NCBI GenBank assembly: GCA_963768175.1
Contig: CAVYGQ010000001.1
Location: forward strand, 510,305-574,304
Origin: Candidatus Doudnabacteria bacterium
GTDB lineage: Bacteria; Patescibacteriota; Doudnabacteria; UBA920
Length of the DNA: 64,000 nt
Direction: 5' to 3'
Part shown: one piece after another, positions 36,507 through 47,245 of the stretch
How the letters are laid out: every line of letters starts with the position of its first letter
Numbering within the stretch: the first letter of the stretch is position 1
Notes under the pieces: model-generated
Told to the model about the DNA's origin: nothing
The model's database searches: none
Seen by the model: the letters and a program-made list of their open reading frames with translations, nothing else
Program-made: the position numbers and the translations under genes

Positions 36507-37341
36507 TCTCGGCTAAAATTTGTTTTTTACCTTTCTGATATTCCGCTTCCTCTTTTTCAACTGTAATACCATGTTCCAACTCATACATCCTGGTAGCCAC
36601 CATAAGCCGGAAAAACATAAATAACATACCGTTAAGCAAACCAATCTTGCCTAGCCTCCAGCCGCCTTTTAAATAAAATATGCGGAAATAGTTTAACATA
36701 CTGCCAAAAGTATAACGCAGGCTGAATTTGCGTACGCCGTTTTCAAATTTATACTTGGCCGCCTCATTGGCGTAGCGCATGTGGCCTTGGATAAACCGGT
36801 TCAAATCATACAGGCTAAAATGGTAAACTGCCGCCCGCTCGTCATAAGGCAGCGCCAAGTCCTCTTCCGGCTTGCCCAAAAAAGTCCCTAAATTATGGAT
36901 ATAATTGCCTTTAAAGGTTACATATTCCTTGATGAAAAAGCATGGATATTTGGCCCGCAACATGACATGGTGAAAGTCTCCCCACATATAAGTATAAACC
37001 GGCAAAAATACCCGCTTGTAAAAACTCTGGCGCGACAGCTCCACCATTTTATCCAGCAATTTTTTAGTCAGCAAATTGTCTACCCAGCCGTAATACATCC
37101 ATTCTGTCTTGCATAAAGTTTTGGCAAAATCCAAAACTTCTTCCGTATCCGCATAAGGCTTGTCGCTTTTAGGCCGCAAGTAAAATTTGGCGCCGAATTT
37201 TTCCGCCACTTCTTTGGTATTGTCCGTGCTGCCGCCGTCTAAAATAATAACTTCTCCATATTTTGTCAAGTTGCGAATAGCATACTCTATTCGGAACGCT
37301 TCGTTATACGCTGCTAAAAAAAACGTGATATTACTTTGCAT
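36487..37341 (-). CDS. Glycosyltransferase family 2
   Basis: ITFFLAAYNE...LDGGSTDNT. Confidence 0.65.
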   Translation of the reverse strand: MQSNITFFLAAYNEAFRIEYAIRNLTKYGEVIILDGGSTDNTKEVAEKFGAKFYLRPKSDKPYADTEEVLDFAKTLCKTEWMYYGWVDNLLTKKLLDKMVELSRQSFYKRVFLPVYTYMWGDFHHVMLRAKYPCFFIKEYVTFKGNYIHNLGTFLGKPEEDLALPYDERAAVYHFSLYDLNRFIQGHMRYANEAAKYKFENGVRKFSLRYTFGSMLNYFRIFYLKGGWRLGKIGLLNGMLFMFFRLMVATRMYELEHGITVEKEEAEYQKGKKQILAEIEDAKT

Positions 37342-37386
37342 TATTATATTGTTTTAAAAATTCTGTAACCTTGTCCGTCATATATT

Positions 37387-38560
37387 TTATTTTATCGGCA
37401 GAACTCCCTGATGACACCCCAAAACCATGCCGGTTTTCATAATTCGCTCGGTATTGGGATATTCTTTCTGTGCCAGCCGGCGGGGAATTTTTTTAAAGCC
37501 GGGCTGCTTTAAAATATTGCCCGTAAAAATCGGGCGGGTTTGGATATTGGAATTCTCCAAAAATGTTACTAAGTCAAAACGCGAAAACGGGGCGGAAAAT
37601 TTTATGATTATGGGAAAAGACAGCCAGACGGTATCGGCGTTTTCCGTAGTTTTGGGTAAGATAAAATATTTTTCGTATTTTTGGAAAAATCGGTATAACC
37701 GGTTAAAGCTGTCTTTTCGGATTTTAGCGAACTTTGGCAGTCTTTTCAGCTGCTCCAGGGCAAAGGCTGAAGAAATTTCCAGAGGCAAAAAATTGTAGCC
37801 AATTTCGCTAAAAATAAATTTATTATCATACGGCACACCGCCGATCTTGCTTCTGAAACGATTAGCTAAAATTTCCGAATTTTGTTTCTCGCCAAAAAGG
37901 GACGACTGCCGCCCCAGCCGCGCAATACTACCAAACGATCCGCCCAAGCTGGATTGTTAACGCAGACCATTCCCCCGCCACCAGCCCCGTTTATGATATG
38001 CGAACCATAAAAACTGGTAGTGGTAATGTCGGAATATCTACCAGTTGGCCGGCCGGCAAATTAACCGCCCAGGGTGTCGCAGGAGTCCTCAATAAAAAAC
38101 AATTTGTGTTTTTTTGCAATGGCAGCCAAGCGCTTCATGTTGGGATGTTTCCCAACAGGGAAGGTATCATCAACGCGCGGGTTTTTTTGGTAATGGCCTT
38201 TTCTAATTGTTCAATATTTATTAAATAGGTGTTTAAATCCACATCCACAAAAACCGGTACCAGTCCTTTTTGAATTATCGGAGCTACTGCAGTTGAAAAA
38301 GTCAGTAATGGTGTAATTACTTCGCTGCCCTTGGGCAATTGAAGCAATTCAAATGCAAGCAAATTTGCCGAAGAACCACGATCGACCATAATCCCGTAAT
38401 TTTTCTGAAAAATTTTGGCAATTTTTTTTTCAAACAGCTTGGTTCTGTTTCCCAAAGCGGTATTGTCTTTTAATACTCCCACAACGGCATTAATTTCCTC
38501 TTTACCGTGGACAGATAACGCATACGGTACACGCATATTTTGTAATTTTTTTTTCGGCAT
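37387..38560 (-). pseudogene. DegT/DnrJ/EryC1/StrS-family PLP aminotransferase disrupted by at least 3 frameshifts
   Basis: N-terminal ORF 38135-38560 and C-terminal ORF 37387-37947 are both DegT-like. Hand translation of the 37948-38134 gap shows the middle segment (MKRLAAIAKKHKLFFIEDSCDTLGG, then ...TSFYGSHIINGAGGGGMVCVNNPAWADRLVVLRGWG) in three different frames, with breaks at A/T/G homopolymers. Confidence 0.6.
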
Positions 38561-38725
38561 GGATATAATTAATTAGTAATATTTTTAATTGTCTTTATTA
38601 TAACTACTTTATCGTTATTTAGCAAAAGGGCGGACTTGTATCCAACCTTATTAACCAATTATATAATTTCCCTCTCCCAGTTGAATGAATTGCTCTTATC
38701 AAAAGAATTTAACTCTGCCCAAACT

Positions 38726-39748
38726 TTAATGAAACCGGAAATTGTCATCAAGCCTGCCTTTACTTTGCAAATCTTGAATTGTTTGCAAACGGAAGTAGCG
38801 CGGTTTCAGCCATTCTTCCTTGGTCAGGCCGTGGTTTATATAAGCCTCGTACAACTCCGCAATCCCCTTACGCAATGTCCATTGAGGATTATAGCCAGGT
38901 AACGTGGTTTCAATTTTTTTAAAACTTACTCGATAATTACGCAAATCAGCTGAAGCGCCAGGTGAAAATGCCACCGATGAATTTGGAACTATCTCGGCTA
39001 CTATCTCGGCCACATCTCGTATACGAAAATTCTCACCGGTACGGCCTACATTAAATGCCTGATTATGCACAAGAGCGATAGGCGCTGTTAGACAACATTT
39101 AAAGGCATCTATAATATCAGCAATATGGACGAGTGGCCGCCAGGCGCTGCCATCGCTTTTAAGGAGCACTTTTCCTTCTGTCACGGCGTATCCAACTAGG
39201 TTATTCACAACAAGGTCGGCGCGCAAGCGGCGGGAAACTCCGTAAGCTGTAGAATTGCGCAAGTATACAGGGCTAAACTTACTGTCGGCCAGCTTGGATA
39301 GCGCCTGCTCAACCAGGACTTTCGACTGTCCATACTCAGTGACCGGATTAAAAACAGCTTCTTCGTTAACATAGCCGCCTGCACTTGCACCGTAGAGGCT
39401 ACAGGAAGAGGCAAAAAGAAATCGCGTTACCCCGGCCTTTTTGGCTGCACGGGCAAGCTTCATTGAAGCATCAAAATTTATCTGAGTGGTTATTGGCGGT
39501 TTTAGCCTGCCCAAAGGGTCACTAGACAGCGCAGCCAGATGGATTACCGCGTCAAAACCCTTACAATGTTCAAATGTTACATCGCGCAAGTCAATGTTAT
39601 ACTCTGTAATTTTATCCGGAGGGTTGATAAAATCACAACCGTCGTAATAACCTACGTCCAGCCCTACTATCTCGTGTCCCGCAGCACGCAAGGCTGAAAC
39701 CATTTCAACACCGATATAACCCCTATGGCCAGTAATCAATATTCTCAT
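38726..39748 (-). CDS. NAD-dependent epimerase/dehydratase
   Basis: ILITGHRGYIG Rossmann motif; 340 aa. Confidence 0.7.
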   Translation of the reverse strand: MRILITGHRGYIGVEMVSALRAAGHEIVGLDVGYYDGCDFINPPDKITEYNIDLRDVTFEHCKGFDAVIHLAALSSDPLGRLKPPITTQINFDASMKLARAAKKAGVTRFLFASSCSLYGASAGGYVNEEAVFNPVTEYGQSKVLVEQALSKLADSKFSPVYLRNSTAYGVSRRLRADLVVNNLVGYAVTEGKVLLKSDGSAWRPLVHIADIIDAFKCCLTAPIALVHNQAFNVGRTGENFRIRDVAEIVAEIVPNSSVAFSPGASADLRNYRVSFKKIETTLPGYNPQWTLRKGIAELYEAYINHGLTKEEWLKPRYFRLQTIQDLQSKGRLDDNFRFH

Positions 39749-39842
39749 TTTGCCGGTTTTAATTATAAATAATTTTATTTGACTTTTAGTTTAAGTTTGA
39801 AAATTTTAGGCAGAGGCTGTTAATTGCAAGCCAAACTTACAA

Positions 39843-40595
39843 TCACGGCCACAGTTTCCAAAAAGGATCCTTTTGCCAAAAGATATTTAATTCTTCCATA
39901 TCCTTGTAAGTATCCATGGCTTTCCAAGGGCCTTCATGCTCAAAAACACTTAATTCCCCTTTTTCAATCAAAGGTACAAAAGCTTCCTCTATCATGGAAT
40001 TCGGCTTCAAGTAATCAAAAAATTCCTTTTTAAAAACCATAAATCCGCCATTAATGTAATCTTGAGAAGGGATATGCCTGATCTCATTAACATTGTCCTT
40101 GTTCCGCGACATAGAAACAATGGTGACCTGGTGGAAACCTTTAATTTTTTTGGTAATGTCGTCCTTTTCAATTAACCCAAAACGGGTGGCCGGATGCACG
40201 CCCGTCAGAGTGCCGATGGTGTTTTGCCGGCGGTGAAAATCCAGAAGCCTTTTGATATCAATGTTTGCCACGCCGTCGCCATAGGTCACCATAAAATCTT
40301 CCTTATCCAAAAAAGCACTCAACCTCCTGATCCTCTCTCCTGTTAAGCTTTTTTGACCGGTATCCACGCACGCGACACTCCAGCCTTCTTCTTTATTGGC
40401 GTCAAAATAATCTTTAATCATTTCCCCTTTATAGCCCAGGGCCAAAATAAAATCCGTAAAACCGTAAGAAGCGTAAATTTTCATTATGTGCCATAAACTC
40501 GGCTTGCCGCCAACTTCCACCAATGGCTTTGGCTTAAATTCTGTTTCTTCCTTCAGGCGTGTGCCTTCGCCGCCGCACAAGATAATAACTTTCAT
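39843..40595 (-). CDS. rfbF: Glucose-1-phosphate cytidylyltransferase
   Basis: MKVIILCGGEGTRLKEETEFKPKPLVEVGGKP matches RfbF closely. The ORF track start at 40637 is probably 14 codons too long. Confidence 0.75.
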   Translation of the reverse strand: MKVIILCGGEGTRLKEETEFKPKPLVEVGGKPSLWHIMKIYASYGFTDFILALGYKGEMIKDYFDANKEEGWSVACVDTGQKSLTGERIRRLSAFLDKEDFMVTYGDGVANIDIKRLLDFHRRQNTIGTLTGVHPATRFGLIEKDDITKKIKGFHQVTIVSMSRNKDNVNEIRHIPSQDYINGGFMVFKKEFFDYLKPNSMIEEAFVPLIEKGELSVFEHEGPWKAMDTYKDMEELNIFWQKDPFWKLWP

Positions 40596-40681
40596 AAATT
40601 TAAAAATTAAGTGCCTGCCGTTTGTAAAATACTCCACCGTTTGCTTTAATCCTTGATCAAGCCCTACCGTCGGCCGCCAGT

Positions 40682-41542
40682 TTAAATATTTTTTGGCCTT
40701 GCCACTGTCCAGCCCAAGCGCATTAGTTCTCCCGGCCGGTCGGGCTCGTATTTTGGCCCAATGTCCGGCCGGCCAAGCAAAGCGGCAATTTTTTTATAAA
40801 CCGTATTCAAACTTGTTTCTTTGCCGGTGCTTAAATTAAATATCGGTACCACCCCTTTTTGAGGTTTATAATCCAAAACCATTAAATTAGCCCTGACGAC
40901 ATCACCGATATATAAATAGTCCCGCGTTTTTTTCCCGTCGCCGTAAATTGCCGCCTGTCGGCCGCTGTTTATTGAACGGATGTAATCGGCCATGGCCCCG
41001 CCCACCTGCCGCGGCCCGTAAGTCGTGGAATAACGGAAAATGACAAAATCCAAACCATAAGTCTTGCCGTAAAATTGCACATAATTTTCTACCGTGGCTT
41101 TGGAAATAATATAAGGGTTGTCCGGCAAAACGGGTTCGCTTTCTTTGGTCGGCAAATGTCTGGCATTGCCGTAAACAAAACTGGAAGAAGAAAACACGGC
41201 CTTTTTGGCGCCATAGCGCCGGCAGTATTCCAAAGTCTTTAGGCTGCCGGTAATGCTGCCGCAGTCATATAAAGGATCTTTAACGGATTTAGGCACGTTG
41301 GTGTTAAAACCAAGCATAAAAACAATTTCCGGTTTTTCCTTTTTAAAAACCCGCTCAAATTTTGGATCATTCATGTCCATTTTATAAAACACCGCTTTGG
41401 GATGAACGTTTTCGCGCCGGCCGGTGCTTAAATTATCTACGATGACGACTTTTGCCCCGCGTTCAACCAGCGCCGCCACCAAGTGCGAGCCAATGAATCC
41501 AGCCCCTCCGGTCACCATAATTTTTTTGCCTTTTAGGTCCAT
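40682..41542 (-). CDS. NAD-dependent epimerase/dehydratase (short form)
   Basis: IMVTGGAGFIGSHL and YxxxK. Confidence 0.7.
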   Translation of the reverse strand: MDLKGKKIMVTGGAGFIGSHLVAALVERGAKVVIVDNLSTGRRENVHPKAVFYKMDMNDPKFERVFKKEKPEIVFMLGFNTNVPKSVKDPLYDCGSITGSLKTLEYCRRYGAKKAVFSSSSFVYGNARHLPTKESEPVLPDNPYIISKATVENYVQFYGKTYGLDFVIFRYSTTYGPRQVGGAMADYIRSINSGRQAAIYGDGKKTRDYLYIGDVVRANLMVLDYKPQKGVVPIFNLSTGKETSLNTVYKKIAALLGRPDIGPKYEPDRPGELMRLGWTVARPKNI

Positions 41543-42450
41543 AAATTATTTTTTTGATTTGCTAAAAAATGCGCCACACGCATCAATAACCAAAAAGGGT
41601 ACCTTAAACCAGTGTAAACCAGTTGCCAGCGGCTTTCCATAAATTCTTTGTAATGAGGGGCTAAACTTTGCAACAAAACCCATTGGCCGCTTTGCAACAC
41701 ATTTTCCAAATTGTATTTTTTTGCCCTATTATAATACCAAAAATCCAGCTTATAATATACCCCAAAGCGCAAGGCTATAACCGCGGCTTCAATCTCCTGC
41801 CAAGGCGCTTTGCCGGTGGAAAGCCCTAAGCCTTCGTCCAAATAATAACCTAAATTCCCGGGAGTCTTTTTGCCCTCCGCGGCCAGCGCCAGCCTGGCGG
41901 CGTAATCAAAATCCGCGCCGCTTTTAAACTGCTCGTCCCAGTAGCCGATTTTTTGGCACAGGCTTTTGCGCCACATATAAAACGGCCCCGCATACATAGA
42001 TTGCACAAAAGCCTTCCTGTTAAATTCCGGCACCGTGGCCTGCCTGCCTAAAGCGGCCTGCCATTTAATTACGACTATAAAATCACCGTAAGTAAAACCC
42101 ACACCCGAATTTTCGTCCAAAGTCTTTGTCATTTTTTCCAAAGAGTCGGCGGTGCGCAAATCATCCACGTTCCAAATGCAAACGTATTCCCCTAAAGCGG
42201 CTTTTATGGCGCGGTTGGTGGAAACGGCCAACGGCTCCTTGGGCACAACAATGTGGTTGATTAAATCCGGATGTCTTTGCCGGAACTGCCTGACTATTTC
42301 CAGCTCCTGCTGTGAAGGCTCGTTGTGCACCAGCACAATTTCCGTTTGGTCCGCAATGGTTTGCGCGGCGCAGTTCGCCAAAAACGCCGGCAAATATTTT
42401 TCTCCCTTATAGCAGGAAACAATGGCGCTGACCTTAATATGCTTTGTCAT
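41533..42450 (-). CDS. Glycosyltransferase family 2
   Basis: VSAIVSCYKGEKYL and a DD motif. Confidence 0.6.
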   Translation of the reverse strand: MTKHIKVSAIVSCYKGEKYLPAFLANCAAQTIADQTEIVLVHNEPSQQELEIVRQFRQRHPDLINHIVVPKEPLAVSTNRAIKAALGEYVCIWNVDDLRTADSLEKMTKTLDENSGVGFTYGDFIVVIKWQAALGRQATVPEFNRKAFVQSMYAGPFYMWRKSLCQKIGYWDEQFKSGADFDYAARLALAAEGKKTPGNLGYYLDEGLGLSTGKAPWQEIEAAVIALRFGVYYKLDFWYYNRAKKYNLENVLQSGQWVLLQSLAPHYKEFMESRWQLVYTGLRYPFWLLMRVAHFLANQKNNLWT

Positions 42451-43273
42451 CGGGGGTATAAATTTTTTTGATGGGTCTTAAGGCTTTCCGTATAAAGTTA
42501 GCGGCTTTAGCGTGTTTATCCGCCCATTGGCGGGCTTTGTCGTAAAATCTCCGGTATGGCTGGCTGTCCAAATCTTTTTTTAAAGCATAAAATTTCCTGT
42601 GCCCAATACGGGACGATGCCAAAGCCGCGGCAAGAATGGGGTTTTCGTAAACTTTTTCTTTTTTATACCTCAATAAGCCAAATCCGTTGCCGTGGCACCA
42701 GGAAGTCAGGTCCCATTTTTCAAAAGGCAATTCCCGGAAGAGTTTGGCCTTGTCTTTTATGTAAATATCGTCAATTAAAATAAAAGCGCCGTCTTTAAGC
42801 AAAGGTTCGTAAACGTCGTATTCGTCTTTGACCTGCTGGTAAAAATGTACGGTGTCGGTAAAAAGAAAATCTATATCGTGCGGAATGTCGCCTTGATAAA
42901 TATTTAAATCCAGCGCGTCGCCCCAGACAAAACGCACCCGCGTGTCCTTGAATACCTCTTCAGGGACATAACGTTGGTCTTTATCTATATCAACTGTTGT
43001 GAGTTTGGCCTGCGGAGGCAGCTCGGAGTACATCATAACCGTGCTTATGCCGTAAGCGTTTCCCAGCTCCAAAATATTTTGGGGCTTAAAATACCGCACA
43101 AATAAAGGCAAAAACTGATAATAAAACCCACCCTGGCCCTGGACAATATAAGACATAACCAATTTATCGTCTTGCGCCAGCCTCAATAGGTTTAGCGGAA
43201 CTTGGTAACGCTTGCCTTCTATTTCGCCGCGGATTTTTTGCAATAGCTCCTGCACTTCCTGTTTTTCTAACAT
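42434..43273 (-). CDS. Putative SAM-dependent O-methyltransferase (CmcI/cephalosporin-hydroxylase-like fold)
   Basis: ILELGNAYGIST motif I-like and a D-rich motif. Weak assignment. Confidence 0.4.
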   Translation of the reverse strand: MLEKQEVQELLQKIRGEIEGKRYQVPLNLLRLAQDDKLVMSYIVQGQGGFYYQFLPLFVRYFKPQNILELGNAYGISTVMMYSELPPQAKLTTVDIDKDQRYVPEEVFKDTRVRFVWGDALDLNIYQGDIPHDIDFLFTDTVHFYQQVKDEYDVYEPLLKDGAFILIDDIYIKDKAKLFRELPFEKWDLTSWCHGNGFGLLRYKKEKVYENPILAAALASSRIGHRKFYALKKDLDSQPYRRFYDKARQWADKHAKAANFIRKALRPIKKIYTPDDKAY

Positions 43274-43288
43274 ATTTTTTTAAAAAAA

Positions 43289-44029
43289 TTAATGGCTCTT
43301 ATTTTTATCGGGAAAATTTAGCTTATTTTTATATTTTCTGTAAATCAAATACAAAGAAGGAGGATACCCCTTCAGCCGCGCCAGAAATTTTATAAAATCC
43401 TCTTCACTGTTTTTTTTATCTGTCAGATAATCCAAGACATCAATCCCCCCATGCTGGTAATTTTCAAAAAATCCAAAATCGCCTTCCCACAAAATTTTAA
43501 AAAACCTGGCGTCGCCTTGAGGCGGGGTATGATGGGCCAACCAAGGCAAATGAACCCAAGGATATTTAAATGTAAAGCGTATTTTACCTTCAAATAAATC
43601 CAAAATCCAATGGTGGTGCACCGCTCCAGCTAATTTTTTGGCTTCTATGCCATAAGAAGTTTCGTAAAGCCTGGACGGGGTTTCAATATACCCGGCCTTG
43701 CCAACGCGCAAAATTTCGCTGCAAACCCATATTGGGTCGCGAATATCTTCTAAGACATGGGAACAAATGACAAAATCAAAAAACTTGTCGGCAAAAGGAA
43801 ACGGCTTGCGGTCACAAATATCATGCTCAATCCAGGTTTCTTTGGTACATTTTAATTTATCCCCGCCCCAAATTTGGTTTCTGTTCATTTTTTCAAAGGT
43901 AACATAATCCATAATATAATCCGCGCGAGCGCAGGGAGCGGCCGCTCCGCCGACGTCTAAAATTTTAAAATCAGCCGGAAGATCCTTAACAATTTCGCTT
44001 TTATCTCTTTGGGTCGAATGTAAAGGCAT
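43289..44029 (-). CDS. Putative class I SAM-dependent methyltransferase
   Basis: ILDVGGAAAP motif I and an acidic motif II. Confidence 0.45.
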   Translation of the reverse strand: MPLHSTQRDKSEIVKDLPADFKILDVGGAAAPCARADYIMDYVTFEKMNRNQIWGGDKLKCTKETWIEHDICDRKPFPFADKFFDFVICSHVLEDIRDPIWVCSEILRVGKAGYIETPSRLYETSYGIEAKKLAGAVHHHWILDLFEGKIRFTFKYPWVHLPWLAHHTPPQGDARFFKILWEGDFGFFENYQHGGIDVLDYLTDKKNSEEDFIKFLARLKGYPPSLYLIYRKYKNKLNFPDKNKSH

Positions 44030-44078
44030 GAATTCTTGACTTTATCACAATAAAATTTTAATAATTATTTCAGTTTAG

Positions 44079-44936
44079 CTACTTTTTTGGTATGCTTGTG
44101 GCTGGCCGGTTTTTTGGCCAATACTCTTTTATAAACTTTTTTAAACGCAATATTAAACCAGGATCGGAAACGCCGGGCCAAAATTTCACCGGATGGGTAA
44201 AATCAAATTTATTCCTGAAAGGAACATATGTTGTATTGTCCAAAGAAATGCGAATAGAAAAATAAGACCTTAAATCTTTAGCTTCAATCCCATAGTACCG
44301 TAAAACCGTGTGAGGAATTTGCTCAGTACCTCCAACCGGAAATTGTTCTAGCTTTGTATCATCTAACAATAAAAGATTTTCCCTGCTGGTTGCTATAAAG
44401 TCACCATTGCCAGACAGGATAGTAGGGACACCCTCGAAAGAATAAGGAAAATTTTGTATAAGCACTTTCTCATAGGTTTTAAAAATTTTATCTTTAACGT
44501 CCCCTTCCGAGATATAATGCCTTAAAAACGGAAACAGATCTCTTGCGCTCTCTTTGCTTTTCATGCCTTTTTGCCAATTAGGAAATGGCTGGCCAATAAC
44601 GGCATATTCACCTGAACCAACAAGCTTGCTAATTTCATGGTCGGCCGGCTTAACTAAAACATCGTAATCGTGCGCTATCCAAAAATCTATTTCCGGATAT
44701 TTTTTTGCAGCATTCTTCCAGACCAAAAATTGTTGGCCTAAAATACTTCCATTTAACCCTTTACCTAAATAGGGAAAAAGTTTAAAATTCTCCGTCTCCA
44801 AAAACTGGCCGGCGTCAACCGTGGCCTGATTGTAAGCAATGACCAAAAAATCCGTGCGTCCGCCGGATAAATAATATTCCTTAATCGGCAAAATCAATTC
44901 CTGCCGGTGGGTTAAAATAAGCCTTCCTAGTTTCAT
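44079..44936 (-). CDS. Hypothetical protein (possible glycosyltransferase-like), no recognisable motif
   Basis: 285-aa ORF embedded in the glycan locus. Confidence 0.35.
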   Translation of the reverse strand: MKLGRLILTHRQELILPIKEYYLSGGRTDFLVIAYNQATVDAGQFLETENFKLFPYLGKGLNGSILGQQFLVWKNAAKKYPEIDFWIAHDYDVLVKPADHEISKLVGSGEYAVIGQPFPNWQKGMKSKESARDLFPFLRHYISEGDVKDKIFKTYEKVLIQNFPYSFEGVPTILSGNGDFIATSRENLLLLDDTKLEQFPVGGTEQIPHTVLRYYGIEAKDLRSYFSIRISLDNTTYVPFRNKFDFTHPVKFWPGVSDPGLILRLKKFIKEYWPKNRPATSIPKK

Positions 44937-44941
44937 AAAAA

Positions 44942-45685
44942 TTATTTAAGAGCCGCCATTTTAGCCTGGTCTTTGATAAAGCTTTCCAAGTCTTCCGGAG
45001 TGGCCCAGCCGAACATTTTTTCCGTCGCCACTTCAAAAATTTTTACTTTTTTATCCTGCAAAATTAACTCGTTGTAAACCGGGCAAATAAAAAATTCATT
45101 GTTGGAACGAATATCTTTTTTTATCATGTTTTCCGCGGCAACGACAAAATCACCACCATGCCTAAAATAGTAAATTCCCGCCGAAGCATTGTCGCTTATA
45201 GGGTCTTTCTCGGCCGTCTCCATTACCAAACCGTCTTTGCCAACTTTGGCAAACGACCATTTCGGGTGGGTAGATTTAAAGGTCAAAATCAGGCCGTCAA
45301 CGACTTGGGTTTGGGCTGTCTTTAAAAATTTATTTATGTCAAAATCCACATACTGGTCCGAACCCGCAACTACCAGCTCACCTTCGCCGTCAATAAATTC
45401 CTTGGCCAGCAAAACCGTACAAGCAGCGCCAGCCGTTGGGGCGTTCAGTACGACAACTTTGCAATTCGGCGCGATAATTTGGAGCATGGAGTTAAGCTTA
45501 TACTTTTCGTATAAATCCCTTAGGCAGACAAAAATAAAACGGTGCTCCGCTTTGGGAGTCAAGTTCCTGACCACCCACTCAATCATAGGGCGGCCATTGA
45601 TTTCAATGAGCGGCTTGGGGAAAGTATAGCCTTTTTCCGCAAATCTCTTTCCCGCGCCGGCCATGGGTATAATAATGTTGACCAT
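44942..45685 (-). CDS. Sugar-phosphate nucleotidyltransferase (LicC/IspD-like fold)
   Basis: IIIPMAGAGKRF...KPL N-terminal motif. Confidence 0.55.
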   Translation of the reverse strand: MVNIIIPMAGAGKRFAEKGYTFPKPLIEINGRPMIEWVVRNLTPKAEHRFIFVCLRDLYEKYKLNSMLQIIAPNCKVVVLNAPTAGAACTVLLAKEFIDGEGELVVAGSDQYVDFDINKFLKTAQTQVVDGLILTFKSTHPKWSFAKVGKDGLVMETAEKDPISDNASAGIYYFRHGGDFVVAAENMIKKDIRSNNEFFICPVYNELILQDKKVKIFEVATEKMFGWATPEDLESFIKDQAKMAALK

Positions 45686-45689
45686 AAAA

Positions 45690-46403
45690 TTAGGGTTTAA
45701 TTATATAAGCTGTAGGGCAATTGAAATCCAAAATACGGATTTGCACGTCTTTATTTTCAAAAAATTTGTCCACGCCCAAAGACTCTGACCACTGGTGATA
45801 GGCATACTCGTCGAACACCACCAACCCTCCCCGGCTGACTCTGGAATAAAAAGCTTCCAAGGCCTTTTGGGTCGGCTCGGCCAAATCCAAATCCAAATAT
45901 AATAAAGAAATTTTAAAACCCGGGCGTTTTGCCACGAATTCCGAAGCGGTTTTATTAATATCCCCCCTGACTAATTCGTAATCCGCCCCGGAAAAACCGG
46001 CAGATTCAATTTTTTCCCTGACCCAGGATTCCGCCCCGGCCTCGTGCTTAAAGTTCCTGTCTTCAAATAATTCCTTCATTCTAAGCTTGTCGGTACCTGA
46101 CAAAGATTTTACCAAACTGTCCGTGTCAAAAAAATCAAAACCAATGACCTTTTTCATGGAATTAGGAAACAAAAGTTTCTTTATTTTCAGCCACGACAGC
46201 ATGCCAGAACCTTTAAACACGCCGCATTCCACTATATCCCCGGGTACTTGCCGGGTTTGTTCGGCTAAAAGCGCGCGGGCCAAAAGCTTGCCTAAAACTT
46301 TTGTGTCGTCGCTAAAAATAAAATCGTTAAACGCGTCGTAAATTTTTTGGCTGGTATTAATGGCCGCTCTTTCGGCATTGATAAACTCACTTTGTTTGCT
46401 CAT
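45690..46403 (-). CDS. TylF/MycF-family (macrocin-type) SAM-dependent O-methyltransferase
   Basis: PGDIVECGVFKGSG motif typical of the TylF family. Confidence 0.55.
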   Translation of the reverse strand: MSKQSEFINAERAAINTSQKIYDAFNDFIFSDDTKVLGKLLARALLAEQTRQVPGDIVECGVFKGSGMLSWLKIKKLLFPNSMKKVIGFDFFDTDSLVKSLSGTDKLRMKELFEDRNFKHEAGAESWVREKIESAGFSGADYELVRGDINKTASEFVAKRPGFKISLLYLDLDLAEPTQKALEAFYSRVSRGGLVVFDEYAYHQWSESLGVDKFFENKDVQIRILDFNCPTAYIIKP

Positions 46404-46419
46404 AAAAATAAGGTTAATG

Positions 46420-47241
46420 TTATGGCTGCCGTTTATGGCAATTGGCTAAAAAATAATCCAAATCTTCGGGCGTTCCCAAACCCCAGACTTCGGGCAGTAC
46501 GGCGGCCCGCAAGCGCATCCCTTTATTTAACAAACGCTGGTAAAGCGGCGCGATGTAAAATTCCCCTTTGCCGGAAGAACCGCTGGTTTCATTTTTTGCC
46601 ATGACTTGTTCCGCTTCCCGCAAAAAATATTTGGCCTTAAAAAAATAATAAGCCCCAATGTTGGCCGGCGCGCCTTTTTTCATCAGCTCCGGATCCTTTT
46701 CGCCCACCTGGATAATTTCATCCGTGCCGGGCTTCAGCAAAGAATAGCTCCACCTGGCAATGCCGTCGTTGGGCGGAGTAAACACGGGAATAATACCCGC
46801 GTTTTCTTTGAACTGGTTAATAATTGCCTGCCCTAGAATTGAGCCGTCAAAATAATGGTCCGAATCGGAAAATATCACGTCTTCCTCGGGATCCAAAAAC
46901 GGCTTTGCCTGATAGGCGGTTTCCGCCGCCCCGCGGGTGACTTGCGGCAAAACAATGACATTTACGTCCCACGAATAAATTTCCTTAAGTCTCTTTTCTA
47001 TTTGGTAGTTATCGTTATGTTCTTTTAAAATAATAAAAATTATGTCTTTGGGTGCCACCTTCAAGACGCCGTTGACGGTTTGCCCGGGATGCTCTACAAA
47101 CGGCAAAGAACCCGTAGCCCACCTGACCATCGGGAAACCTCTGATATTAATAAAAGGCTTGGGTTTGCTGTATTCGGGGTTTTTATCCGCCACTCTGGCG
47201 AATCTGGTTCCCAAACCGGCCATGGGTATAACCAATTTCAT
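46420..47241 (-). CDS. Sugar-phosphate nucleotidyltransferase
   Basis: LVIPMAGLGTRF N-terminal motif. Confidence 0.55.
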   Translation of the reverse strand: MKLVIPMAGLGTRFARVADKNPEYSKPKPFINIRGFPMVRWATGSLPFVEHPGQTVNGVLKVAPKDIIFIILKEHNDNYQIEKRLKEIYSWDVNVIVLPQVTRGAAETAYQAKPFLDPEEDVIFSDSDHYFDGSILGQAIINQFKENAGIIPVFTPPNDGIARWSYSLLKPGTDEIIQVGEKDPELMKKGAPANIGAYYFFKAKYFLREAEQVMAKNETSGSSGKGEFYIAPLYQRLLNKGMRLRAAVLPEVWGLGTPEDLDYFLANCHKRQP

Positions 47242-47245
47242 AAAT

